This document shows positions 38,876 to 51,480 of a stretch of DNA of 64,000 nucleotides, one piece after another. The position numbers and the translations under genes are program-made. Origin of the DNA: Callorhinchus milii (lineage: Eukaryota); contig NW_024704742.1 in assembly GCF_018977255.1 (NCBI RefSeq), forward strand, positions 101,124,001 to 101,188,000, in the 5' to 3' direction. How positions within the stretch are numbered: the first letter of the stretch is position 1; every line of letters starts with the position of its first letter. The notes under the pieces were generated by a model. The model had not been told where the DNA came from. It worked only from the letters and a program-made list of their open reading frames with translations, and did not search any database.

Positions 38876-39227
38876 CTCCTTTAGGGAAGTGGTTAGCACT
38901 CTTGCCTCACAAGGGACAAGACCCGGGTTTGATTCCGAGGCGTGGCGAAACTTCAGACAAGTCTACATATTCCACACCCTGTCTTTACCTAGCAGTAACT
39001 AGTTGTTAGTCGATTGGCGAATAAATTTCTGGAGATAATAACCCCTCAACAAAAAAATTTGATCATTCAATCGACGACTGTTTGTGACGGACTGCTATGC
39101 ACAATTGGCTGCCGCAGTTCACCCACAAAATATAGTTAATCCATTTTACAAAATATTCTGTGAAGCACTTTGAGATATCTCAACCGTGTGTTAAGGCTCT
39201 ATATCAAATGCAAGGATTATTATTATA
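38876..39227 (+). mobile_element. Older long-form tRNA/Deu SINE
   Basis: Degenerate tRNA head, the extra tttacctagcagtaa...gttgttagtcgattggc segment, Deu core, (TTA)n tail. Confidence 0.85.
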
Positions 39228-39582
39228 AATAAAGTGAATCTACACCCAGATGCAATTTGTCTTAATCTGTTTCAGCCAAGACATAAAACATTGGGTGCTG
39301 CACATTCTGTTACTACATTTTGTGTTATCTGTTAGTTAGTAAACTTGTATGCCTATTACTCATTGAGTATGCAGGTCAAACCTCTGCTGACACTAGATAG
39401 CAGAAAGGTTATATTACTTCAGTAAATTTGTGCAAGATGTTAAAGCATCCCATATACATCATTTTATTTAGGAACAACCCTGCATTCCTGATTGATAATG
39501 TACTGAAATAATCTTTTGAAGAGGTTAACTTAAATTAAAGAGGTGGATTTGTCTGCTGAGACTTTGTGCTCGAAAGCTATAC

Positions 39583-39723
39583 GTAACAATAAATTGTCCA
39601 TCTGTGGAATTTCTGGTATCTCCTTTGATGAATCAACTCCAGCTATGTCTGACGGGCGACATTTGAGTACAACATAATATTTTAACCCTAAGGTAATCAC
39701 GATTATTTCTGTTACTTGTTGAC
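39583..39723 (-). CDS. Putative internal exon (QQVTEIIVITLGLKYYVVLKCRPSDIAGVDSSKEIPEIPQMDNLLL)
   Basis: Strong acceptor ttttccctttctgtggcag, inside ORF 39530-39862. Weak donor C|gtatag, phase 1-1. Confidence 0.3.
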
Positions 39724-39904
39724 CTGCCACAGAAAGGGAAAAATCAGGTATCAGGTTCTTTTTTACATCTGTATGTTCCCCACTACCAGTCAGGACTTTA
39801 AGATCAAGGTCTAGGACTAGGTTACGCTCCAGTGCAGTATTGGGGGAGCACTGCATTGCCATGCTTCAGATGAGATGTTAATCCAAGTCTGCCTGTTCAG
39901 ATGA

Positions 39905-41652
39905 GTGGTAAATCTTCTTGTGGAGGCAGAAGGCGTGGCTGACATACTGAATGAGTACTTTGCATCTGTCTTCACAATAGAAGAGTATGCGGCCAATGCC
40001 ACAGTATTGGAGGAGAGGGTAGAGAAATTGGATAAGATAAGAGTAAACCAAGAGGAGGTACTAAAAGGGTTGATGGTGCTCAAGGTAGATAATCACCCAG
40101 TACGGACAGGATGCATCGTAGGTTACTGAAGGAAGGGTGAAAGTGACAATCTGGTCACAATCTTTCAATCCTCCTTGGATACCGGGGTGGTGCCAGAGGA
40201 CTGAAGGGTTGCAAATGTTACTCCCCTGTACAAAAAGTGGCAGAAGGATAAACCTGAGAATTGCAGGCCAGTCACCTAATGTCAGTAGTGGGGAAACTTC
40301 TAGAGGCTATAATCCGGGACTAAATAAATTTTCACTTAGAAAAATATAGGTTAATAAAGGACAGCTAACATGGTTTGTTAAAGGCAAATCGTTTCTAACA
40401 CATCTGATACAGTTTTTTGATGAAGTAACAGAGAGGGTGGATGAAGGTAATGCATTTGATGTAATTTATATGGATTTTCAAAAGGTGTTTGATAAAGTGC
40501 CACATAAGAGACTTATAAGCAAAATAGAAGCCACGGTATTAAAGGGACAGTGGCAGCATGGATACAGAACTGGCTGGGAGACAGAAAGCAGAGAGTTGTG
40601 GTGATCGGTTGTTTTTCTGACTGGAGGGAAGTGTGCAGTGGCGTGCCCCAGGGATCAGTATTGGGACCATTGCTGTTTTTGATCTACATAAATGACTTGG
40701 ACTTGGGTATAGGGAGTACAATTTCCATGTTTGCAGATGATACTAAGTTAGGAAAAGTAGTAAAGGGTGAGGAGGATAGTAACAGACTGCAAGAGGACAT
40801 AGACAGACTGGTAAAATGGGCAGACACGTGGCAGATGAAAATTAATGTGGAGAAATGCAAAGTGATGCATTTTGGAAGGAAGAATGAGGAGAGACAATAT
40901 AAGCTGATGTTACAATCTTAAAAGTGGTGAAGGAACAGAGAGACCTGGGGGTTCATATAAATAAATCTTTGAAGGTGGCAGGACAGGTAGATAAAGCTGT
41001 TAAAAAAAGCATACAAAATACTAGGCGTTATAAATAGGGGCATAGAATACAAAAGTCAGGAAATTATGATGAATCTTTATAAAACACTGGTTAGGCCTCA
41101 GCTAGAATACTGTGTTCAGTTTTGGGCATCACACTTTAGGAAGGATGTCAAGGCATTGTAGAGGGTGCAAAGGAGATTTACCAGGATGGTACCAGGAATG
41201 AGGGACTTCAGTTATCAGAAAAGGCTAGAGAATCTAGGTTATTCGCCTTGGAGCAGAGAAGTTAAGAGGAGACTTAATAGAAGTTTTCAAAATTACAAGA
41301 GAATTCGATAGGGTGAACAAGGAGAAACTATTTCCACTGGTGGGTGGGTCGGTAACCTGAGGACACCAATTTAAAATAGCTGTTAAAAGAAACAGAGAGA
41401 AGGTGAGGAGAATTTTTTTCACACAACAAGTTGTTCGGATCTGGAATACATTGCCTGAAAGGGTGGTGGAAGCGGATTCTATAACAACTTTTAAGAACAA
41501 AGTAGGTAATTATTTGGGGAGGACAAGTATGCAGGGCTATGGAGCGAGAACGAGGGAATGGGATTGATTTGGGTATCTCTTTTAAAAAAGGCAGCACAGA
41601 CACAATGGGCTGAATGGCCTCCTTCGGTGCTGTATAATTCTATGATTCTATG
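39905..41652 (+). mobile_element. CR1 LINE family B, about 1.75 kb, multiple stops and frameshifts
   Basis: ADILNEYFASVFT, SGVPQGSVLGPLLF and FADDTKL motifs. 3' hairpin ggctgaatggcc and tail attctatgattctatg. Confidence 0.95.
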
Positions 41653-42291
41653 AGCCACTTAACCAAGGTCTTGTCTGTCTGTTAATCATTATTAAGTCAC
41701 AAATTAATTTTATTTATATGATGTTAGTAACAGTATCTAGATACAGCTGAATTCTTCTTCCTGTTTCCTGTCTCAGAAATTAGTTCCTATCAGTCATCCA
41801 AACACTTTATTGATCTTTGCTGCCTCCCATTCCTTTGGATTCATAACCAGAATAAATGAATAGTGACCCTTGTGTTCCTATCTCAGCTGGGACTGACAGA
41901 TAATTTCGATAAATCACAAATGCCACTATCTTCTGACAGGAATTAATGAAGAGATTGTGTCACACAAGCACCCTGGCTTTTATCTGTAAATTAATAAGTT
42001 GCTTAAGAAAACTTTATCTCCTCTCAATAAATTAATTAATGGTGACACACTCTTAGCTCCTTTCACTAAATCAATCAATCGTTCAAAATTTAAATTATTT
42101 CTGTACCATTCTGAGTATTCCCCCTACCCCCAACCTGAATCTCCTTTGGTGAAATAGGAGGAGGTGACAAATTCAATCCCGCTTCACTACATTAGCCCTG
42201 CCCTACGTTCATGTGTTACTGCTCTCTGCTTCACCCAAGTGCCAATCCCATCCTCTTCATTAACTTGAATGAATAATTTCCGCTGAACTAC

Positions 42292-42356
42292 CTGCTCTTA
42301 TTTCATCATCAAGCTTCCTTCTATAGTTAACACTATAAATTGATACATTTCTGCAC
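42292..42356 (-). CDS. Putative internal exon (CRNVSIYSVNYRRKLDDEIRA)
   Basis: Acceptor tcttcttctag, donor CAG|gtagtt, only one open frame, phase 2-1. Confidence 0.3.
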
Positions 42357-43987
42357 CTAGAAGAAGACGATTTTGTGCTCTGCAGATACCCGAGTCATTT
42401 TGCTCCAAGTAACATGCCAGCATTCAGTCCATCTCTATGGAATTCCTATTAGATCACACTCAGCTCTGCTGGCAGTACAAGCGAATTAAGTTTGCATCTC
42501 ATCACATGTTAAAAATAATATAAAATTATAACTGTGTATTTTTTCAAGTGAGGAGACCTTTGCAAATGGTAGCATCTAGTACTGCAGTATTTTAATATTG
42601 GAGACTGTTTATTGTGATTTAAATATGGTGCGTTAGCTGGAATATAGCAAAAATAAATCCTATTTACAAAAACTGATATAAGATCAGTGTCCTGATTTCA
42701 ACCGTGTTGTGAGCTAATAGTTGTCTAACTATATAGGAAACAACAAGGCTGATCCCCCAGTGATAGAGGAATGATTCAGAAGGAACTAGTAGATAAGATA
42801 GGGCTGTTCAGTCTTCAAAAGAGACATGACACAGGGGACCTTATAGAGATTCTAAATGGGATATAGGAAAGAAATTCAAAACAATACTTTCGATATGCCA
42901 AAGCAGCAGGATGAAAGGTCTTGATTAAGAGTAGTGAATAGCAATTTCAGTAATAATAAAATAATCCTTGAATTTGCTATAGAGCCTTATCACATTGATG
43001 AGATGTCTCAAAGTGTTTCACAGGATATACTGTAAAGTGGATTGACTGTGTATAGTGTAGGCGAAAACAGACATCAAGATGTATTTCTTTTCACAGAGAG
43101 CAATTAAAATCTGGATCAGCTTACTTGGCAAGTGGCTGAGGCCAAAACACTGGACTCAAAATAAACAACTTGATACTTTAATGAGAATACTGTAGAAGTG
43201 GTAATATGTAAGGATGAGTTTAAATGGGTCAAAGAATTGTCTTCATCCAAGCCTCTCTTGTGATATTTTGATTTATGCCCATTTCATTCCAATACCTTCT
43301 ACCTATTCTCAATTACCGTCCACTGTCCGATTTTGTTTTATCTCTGTTCATGGTTCTTCTCTCTCATATAACCCCTCTAGTACATATACCATAAAAGCTC
43401 CTATCTTCAATAAGGGGAGTAAGTAAAATAACAAAATCCTGTCCAATTTCCCAACTCCTATTAATGCTAGAAGAAGGACTAGCCTCAGAACAGGTTGTTA
43501 CCCCATCATGATAGCCATCAGTAACAGAATAAGGGAGGATTTGCCACCCTCACCCCCAATATATGCCACCCCATGTGAAGGGCAATATAAATGCAAGTAA
43601 TAGTCATTTTTGGTTGTTAACCAAGTGTTTGTGCACTTGGAAACCCATCACCATATTTAAGAGAGCATGGCAATTTTCTTCTGTTGTTCCATTTTTCTGC
43701 CTCTTATGATGGGCCACCAATGATATATAGCCTTTCCATCATTTCTGTGTATATGGTTGTGATTGCTTCTGTTTGTATTTTGCTCAGTCAAGTAATTAGA
43801 TACTTCTGAATTTATGGGGGGTAGGGGGGTGGGTGGATTGTGTCACATGATATTGTCACCACTGGTAACTATCATATCAATAAAATACGGGGTCAAAACC
43901 AGTCAATATTTATCACTGACCTCCACCTCTACAATCCACTCCCCACCTTCTCCCCATCCTCCACTCATCCCTCCTTTCCACAATTTC

Positions 43988-44268
43988 TATAATAATAATA
44001 ATAATCCTTGCATTTGATATAACGCTTTTCACATCAGGAGGACGTCCCAAAGCGCTTCACAGAACACACTGTAAAGTGAATTGACTGTATATTTGTGGGC
44101 GAACGCGGCAACCAATTGCGCACAGCAATGTCCCACAAACAGTCGTAGATTGAAAATGACCAATTTATTATTGTTTTTGGTTTTGGAGGGATTATTATTA
44201 GGCGTGTGGAGTAAGGAAACTTGCCCAAGGTTTCGTCCTGCCTGGAATTGAACTCAGGTCTCTCGCTT
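43988..44268 (-). mobile_element. Young SINE, 5'-truncated in the anticodon loop
   Basis: Near-identical to 24513-24791 and also stops at ...tctctcgctt. The flanks are unrelated. Confidence 0.95.
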
Positions 44269-44289
44269 CCTCATTCTTCTCCTCCCTCA

Positions 44290-44990
44290 TCTTCTGCATG
44301 AAGCCCATCACCTACTCCTTTGACCCCATCCCCTTACTGACATCCTCCCGATGTGAAAGATGCTGTACAAATGTAATTTGTTGTTGTTGTTGTTGTTGCT
44401 GTTCATCTAGCTTCCATCTAGCTTCCCTGCTAGGCAACCTCTTGAACCTCGCTATCTCCATGAATACAGTACCTTCCCTTTGGAACACTGCCACCATTAG
44501 CATTATTCTCCTCAAGAAACACTCACTGGACCCTCCATGCTCCAGCTATTGATCCATTTCTAACTTGTCTTTCCTCTCCATGGTGCTGGAACTTACGGTG
44601 CGTTGTCATCTCCCAGCTTCAATCTAATACTTGCTAATACTCCCTTTACCAGCCTCTACAACCTGGTTTCTGCCTTTGCCTCTACCTTCATTTCTAGGAT
44701 ATTGTTGTTCTGATAGATTGCCTTGCAGGGCTTAAGTCCTAAGTGAGCTCCAACTTTCTACAGCTAAATGTAACAAGACCCAGGCAATCCTGCCTGGCTC
44801 CCATCCATGCTTCCTCACCTCAGGAGCTAAGTACATCAACCTGCACAGATGCTCACCTCAACTCAGCAAGCTGGTATCTTGCTGTCTTGTTCAACCTCTA
44901 ACTATCCTTCAAAATATACAGCTCACCTTCCCTCAATTCTACACCATTGCCTCCTTCCACCACTACCTATCCTGCTTCAGATTCTCTAGC
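44290..44990 (+). mobile_element. Old L2 RT remnant with a nested L2 tail (about 44338-44402)
   Basis: Degenerate match to 4390-5400 (cccatcacctactcctttgaccccatcccc; ccatttctaacttgtctttcctctcca). Confidence 0.7.
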
Positions 44991-45905
44991 TCACATATTA
45001 GTGTGGTCACAAATTGAAAGGTAAGGAGTCATACGTTTACAACATAGGAGAGGTAGTAACCAATTTGTTATTAGTTCATATAAGAAGCATGCAATCAACT
45101 GCACTATAAGCCTATTCCTACCTGTTGAAAACATGCTGTTGATTTTCCCTCTTCAGTCATTGTACTGCAGGTTGATATATCTGAGATTAATCGAGTATCA
45201 GCCAGAGTCAATGTGCCCTTACGAGGCATTGCTCCTTCAATCCCGAAAAATAATTGCTAGTTCTAGTAAAGCATAATACATTTCTGATGTGGAGATTAAT
45301 CACACCAGCTTGTGTTGTTTATCAGTTTCTTGAAATAATCAGTCTGTACTGTCTCTTTTGCTAATTAACTTTGTGAGTTCAGTTCATTATCAACACCAGG
45401 AAAAAGAAGGTTTGACCAGAATTCTGAAGGTAATGTTTCCCCTGGGGGATTAATGACTACAGACATATGGCAAAATGCCTATGCATAATTTTTTCCCCTA
45501 ACTGATCATCCATCCAACGTGTTGCTCTAATCTGTCAAATTCCCTAAAGATTGACATTCAACCAGGGTTTAGTAGCTTCCCAGGAAAACAACAGGGGACA
45601 AAATGAGATGGCATCATCCTTTTAAAATAGTTATACTGTGAAAATTCTTTGCACTTCCCTGTGTGGTTGAGACATTCAACGTCTGGTTCTGCTTGTTGTC
45701 AAAATAACAAATTGTTAGGCATGTTGGAGAATATTAATCACTTTCTTGATATCCTCAGATCAAAGCACCTGAAGTTGCTACGTTTTTTATTAATCCCTCA
45801 TGATTCAATGTATTTAAAGCAGTGATTAATTTTGTGTCTGTAAAATGAGCAGTAATACTGAATCTCCTTTATGTTTGCCAGGTGTACAGGTATAGGGGAC
45901 AGTAT

Positions 45906-46510
45906 AGGCTGGACTATGGGAACTCTCTCCTCGCCGGCCTTCCCGGCACCTCCCTCCACAAGCTGCAGGTCATTCAGAACTCTGCAGCTCGTGTACTGTC
46001 CCGCACCAGGTTTCGGAACCAAATCACTCCCACCCTCTCTCGCCTCCACTGGCTCCCCATCCCCCAGAGGATCGAATTCAAGATCCTCATCCTCACCTAC
46101 AAGGCCATTCACGGCCTTGCTCCCTCCTACCTCTCCGACCTACTATCCCCCTACCTACCTGCCCGTACCCTCCGTCCCTCTGGCTCCGGTCTGCTCCACA
46201 TCCCCGCCCCAACCGCCCTACAATCGGTGGCTGGGGCTTCAGCTTCTCAGCCCCTAGGCTCAGGAACTCTATCCCCCAGTGCCTTCGCCGCCTCCTCTCT
46301 TTCCTCCTTCAAGGCCGGTGTCAAGACCTTTCTCTTTGATCGTGCCTTCAGCTCCCCTCTCGACTCTCTACCCCCTCCTCGCTCCCTCCCTTCCCTCCCC
46401 TCACCCTGACCGTGTCCCCCCTGCTTGGGTCCTGACCCAACTCTACAGCGCCTTGGGATGTCCTCCCAACATGAAAGGCGCTCTATAAATGGAATCTTGT
46501 TGTTGTTGTA
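45906..46510 (+). mobile_element. Young L2 3' 600 bp
   Basis: ORF 45882-46409 (RLDYGNSLLAGLP...LHWLPIPQRIEFKILILTYKA). Close match to 5459-6057. Confidence 0.95.
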
Positions 46511-46521
46511 ACAGAAGCAAA

Positions 46522-46847
46522 TCCTATAGCTCAGTGGTTAGAGCACTCGCTTTGCAAGTGAGAGACCTGAGTTCAATTCCAGGCAGAGGGCGAAACCTTG
46601 GGCAAGTTTCCTTACTCCACACAGAGCCTAATAATAATCCTCCAAAAGAAAAAGCAATAATAAATTGGTCATTTTCAATCTACGACTGTTTGTGGGACAT
46701 TGCTGTGCGCAATTGGCTGCCGCGTTCGCCCACAAATATACAGTCAATTCACTTTACAGTGTGTTCTGTGAAGCGCTTTGGGACGTCCTCCCGACGTGAA
46801 AAGCGCTATATCAAATGCAAGGATTATTATTATTATTATTATTATTG
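46522..46847 (+). mobile_element. Young near-full-length SINE immediately after an L2 tail
   Basis: A and B boxes, TGC anticodon arm, Deu core, tail gggacgtcctcccgacgtgaaaagcgc, long (TTA)n. Confidence 0.95.
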
Positions 46848-47329
46848 TTAAATGTAATGCCTTGTTAATGACCTCACTTTCCTTTTCATCCTAATAGTTT
46901 TATCCTACCAATTATTTGACAGCAGAGATATGGATTTTTAAAGTGGAGTACCACCCTTTCTCTTCATTTAAAATTTCAACAAACAGCATCCTCTTCTTTG
47001 TTGTTCTGTGCTGCTTCATTCATTTTGCTCATCAGAAAAAATATATGATACTGTTTTTGGCTCCTTCGATGGTTCATTGAGTTCATTCAATGAGAAGATG
47101 AGCCATGCAGCCAGGAGTCAATTTCCGTGCTGCACATTCTTTGTCAATATACGTTAATCCCTACTCTGCTCCTTTAAAACTTTTACCACCTAACATATAT
47201 TTGCTAAGAGAAGGGAGGTTTACTCAACATCCTGGCCAACAATCCTCTATATAAAAAAATGATCATTCACCTCATGGCTGTTTTACAAAAGGCTTCTCCT
47301 CCTCCTCCTCCCAACTGTCTTTAAAACCC

Positions 47330-47945
47330 CACATCTGGGCTCTTACCCACCTTCCCTCACCTCCGTAACATTGCCCACCTCCACCACTAATTCTTCCCTT
47401 GGGTCACCAAAATCCAATTCAGGTTTCTATTACAGCCAGGCTTGACAATTCCAATGCTCTGCTTGCCGGATTCCCTAGCTGTTCACTGCATAGGCTGCAG
47501 ACCATCCAGAAAGCTGCAGTTCATGGCTTCATTCTCTTTCAAATCCTTTCCATGATCTCACCCCACCCTACCCCTGTGACCTCCTCAAACACTCAGTTAC
47601 TGACAGCATCAACCTGCATGGATGTGCAATTCCATCTCGGAGAACTGGTGTGAAACCTTTGCTCAGCGAACACTGGCCTGTTTCATTCCCCTACCCTATC
47701 AGCCCCATAATTGGGGATAGGTTTTTCAGCCATTCTGCCTCTGCTCTGCATTTCAGAGTCCTCCAACTCGCTCTTCATGTCTCGAGACATGCCGCTTTCA
47801 CCGTGCTTTTTATCATCTTTCTCCTCTGCACCCCTCTCAGCTTCCATCTCTCGCTCGGGTGCCCAGCCAATAGTGTCAAGCATTTTAAGACATCCTCTCA
47901 ATGTGAACGGCATTATAAAGATATACATTGTATTGCATTTGGATT
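47330..47945 (+). mobile_element. Old L2 3' remnant
   Basis: ITARLDNSNALLAGFP.CSLHRLQ.IQ.AA and IGDRFFSHSA motifs, followed by an L2 tail. Confidence 0.75.
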
Positions 47946-47959
47946 CTTTGTGGGACATT

Positions 47960-48600
47960 AGCTAGTGGAACTTCTCTGCCCTTTTCCCAGTGCTTCTACA
48001 TCCTTAGTTAGATAGGGGGCCCAGAACTGGATGCATAACTGTTTAGGAGTCCCATGTGTGTGTCTGCAAGTACAATGTAACATAAAATATACTATAATTC
48101 AATAAAATGAGTAAACATATTAATTCATAACAAACATATAATGGAGCTACTGGCGGTAATTTGTAGCTTGACCATATGATTCCTATTATATTGTCAAGGC
48201 TCTTTCTATAATGTTTATCAGAAAATCTGAAGAAACTTTGTAGTGGTCCCAGGAATTTTGTTATTATGTTGTAGCTCTTTATTTCTATAGGTAAATGGCG
48301 CATATGGCTAAATTCCAGTCTCTATGCTGTGAGCCATACTTTCCATTCTTCTGGCCAAAAAATGAATCATTCTTTAATTATCCTATCCCACTTCACTTTA
48401 GGCTGTAAATTGAGTCATATAATAGATTATATAGAGGGATAATCCCATTATTCTGTGCTCTCCAGAGATTTGACTTGATGCTTTATACTTTTTGAACGAT
48501 TCTGTTTTTGATTTCAAAATACCTAATTTTGCTTTTTCCACATTTTTTTTCTCTCCTTTCTCCTCAACTAATGGTACTTGATTCCTTTTCAACTTCCACT
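47960..48600 (-). mobile_element. Very old CR1 remnant
   Basis: gggcccagaactggatgcata (antisense of the YC.QFW.P motif) and other degenerate CR1 RT segments. Confidence 0.5.
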
Positions 48601-48939
48601 GAGATAAGGTTGAAAGGTACCTTGTACAAATGGCCTTTATTCATCGGAAACCCTTGACATGGTACCATAGAACCATATAAGTAACACAGAAGAAGGCTAT
48701 TTTGGCTCTCTTCTCTCTGTTGGCTTTTTTGGAAGAACAATCCATTCAGTTTCATGTCTGAACACTATTTTTCCACAGAAAAACATCACAGCTGAACTCA
48801 ACCTGACATCCATACTTGCCCGCTGTCATAAACCTAGGTTGCAGTAGATCAACCTGAACAATTCCTGGACAGCTACTAAACTGCCCTACTGCAACATAAG
48901 ATTAACCCTTAAACCTCCTCTTGACATTTACCACTCTGC

Positions 48940-49205
48940 CCATTTGACCATCAGCAGTCAGACCTTCAGCCTTTCTGTCCCTACTTTCTGGAACTCCATC
49001 CCGTAGTGCCTTACCTGGGCCCTCGCCTCCTTCAAGGTCCTTATCAAGATCTCACTCTTTGACTGTGCCTCGGGTCATCTTCCCACCCCCATCTCCCTTG
49101 CCCCCACCCCTCCCTTTCTGAATCCAACCCCCAGCTGTCCAGCACCTTGTGTCGTCCTCCTGCCATGAAAGCTGCTACATAAATATAATTTATAGCTTGT
49201 TGCTA
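48940..49205 (+). mobile_element. L2 3' fragment
   Basis: ccttcagcctttctgtccct...tggaactccatccc...ccttcaagg and an L2 tail. Confidence 0.75.
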
Positions 49206-51084
49206 TTGATAACAGAGTAAATATCTTATGTATCCACACTCCCACCCTTCACCCCCACCCCAACCAAAAAAAAGTTTCTGAATTGCAAACCATTTGAATA
49301 CAATACAACTGAAGCCAATTACCACTTCATTGGTGATGAGGGATTATGTAACAACGACAACTTCCAGCATTTATATAGCGCCCTTTACATGAGATAGTGT
49401 TTCGGAGGCACATGCATTAAAAGTGATGAGCCAGTCACTTTTAATGTATATGTCTCCGAGACATATGAGGTATCATACTGCTGTGGATGTGGATACTGGA
49501 TTCCATTCTTGTTGAACTGCCAATGATATCAGTCCAGCCTCTGACAGCACTGTCAGGCCTGAAAACTTCAGTGAAATCTTTACTACTATTTTCAACTGTG
49601 GAAACCAACCTCTCTGAGAGTGTACCACATAAAGTCAAATTGTGTTAGGCCAGCGTCCCATAAGAAACAATTTCAAGAAGAGTCTTCTTTGTGAAGTGAC
49701 CACTGAAACTGTTGGTAAAATTCTATATTCATATTCCCATTGGATTATATACAGCGTGACCAAAAATCTTATTTTTCAGCTACCTTATTATCTAAAAAAA
49801 TTATTTTTTTAAGACTTATTAGACATTGTATGGTACCATGACTTTTTGATCACCCTGTATATCTTTTTAATGCTTTATATTTTGGGATATATTTTATCTT
49901 CTTCATAGATCATTAGTTCAGTTGTAACTGGAAAACAAAACTAGTGAAAGTGTTATTATTTTCGCCTCATATGTATGAGACTAAGATTCCTGTTTGTGAA
50001 TTGCTCCCAGCCAGTCTGGGTTTGTCAGTTGTACTAACAAGAAAACAACATACAAGCAAGATGCAAGATGAATGATATTGGGAGCAGCAGAAATTGGTAG
50101 TATGTTATATTAATAATAATTGTTAAGAATATTTTTTATACAAAGGCCCAATTTCCTATATCCGCTTACTTGCCCTGTCAAGGTTTCTAACTTATACGTC
50201 CAGCAAAACATATTACTTATGGACATATTCCCATCTGGATCAATTAAAAAGTGTTTTTTTTTTCATTTTGGCTGCCAAAGGATCAAAGTCTGAAGTTGTC
50301 TGTTAACCTTTGTTTCAACACTCAACGTTCTTCCACTGATACATTGGTTGAGGTCATGATTTTGTAAAGAAATTTAAATATTTCCTTAAACTCCCGACAG
50401 TTGCTGAAAGCCTAACTCAAATGGCACAGTGTTGTATCACATGATCATAGCCTGGGGTTTGACAATATTTCATGGCCAAATTGTGCTTCTTCAAGTACTT
50501 CTGTCAATTCTTGATGTCAAGTCTTTGATGGTTGCTGAATCAGTGAACAATTTAAAACATCTTAAAAGCATCACAAACCCATTTAGACCCAAGAAATGGT
50601 ATTTATTCGGGTTGAGATTCATAAAAGAAGTTGATTTTTAAACCAAACTGAGTAATTCTTTTAAGTGAGACTTAATAAATATGCAACACAATCATATCAC
50701 TGGACTTTCAGAGTTTAATTTCCATTTACTTGACCCAGTTATAGCTGACGTTCGTTCTTTAAGAGCCTGTCTTTTTGTTCCTTAGGAGGAGCAATGGATC
50801 TTTGAAGAGGGTTGAGTTGCAAACACAGGTGAAAGAGCACTGATGACAATGTTAGGAACCAATGAAATTCACTCTAAATCCACTGATCCATCAAGTTAAA
50901 ATGGGCCTTTTTAAAGCCTAATAAGGCAAAAAAATTCAGAACTCCACCATCCATGTCTTAATGCGTGTTGAGTAATAGAGGATAAGGTGTTAGTAAGCGC
51001 TATTAAATAATGAATATTTGGATAAGTTGCAAATCATAAGTGTCAGAAATGAATACAGTTAAGTACAGGTAGACTGAGAAATAC

Positions 51085-51480
51085 TAATAATAATACTGGC
51101 AATTGATATGGTGCCTTATCATGTCATTAAGACACCTCAAAGTGCTTCACAGGAATTGTGAGTCTAGTGACTGAGTATTTATAGAAAAACGCGATAGCCA
51201 ATGTGTGCACAGCAATGTTCCACAAACAACCATAGAATAAAATCATTAATTTTATTTGGGGTTTCTTAGCCAAGACACTGAAACTCCCTTCTCTTTATAT
51301 AACACACCTGAACACACAGACGGGCCCTCAGTTTAATGTCTCATCTAAAAGACGGCACCTCTAACAATGCAGCACTGCATTAGAGTGTCAGCCGAGACTC
51401 TGAATTCAAAGTTCCATCATAGGCTTGAAACCACAACCTCCTGATGCAGAGACAAGAATGTTACCAACTGAACCAGGATG
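51085..51480 (-). mobile_element. Older DeuSINE
   Basis: Tail, Deu core (gccaatgtgtgcacagcaatgttccacaaac) and head (ccaactgaaccagg) in antisense orientation. Confidence 0.8.

Noticed and set aside
44312..44552. Poly-Q and poly-C ORFs
   Set aside because: They are translations of an L2 (TTG)n tail.
46522..46590. tRNA-Ala(TGC) gene
   Set aside because: The acceptor stem is not restored, there is no terminator directly after it, and it is always fused to the SINE body. It is a SINE head.
48398..48755. Lys/Glu-rich ORFs as host exons
   Set aside because: They adjoin a decayed CR1 remnant and lack convincing splice sites.
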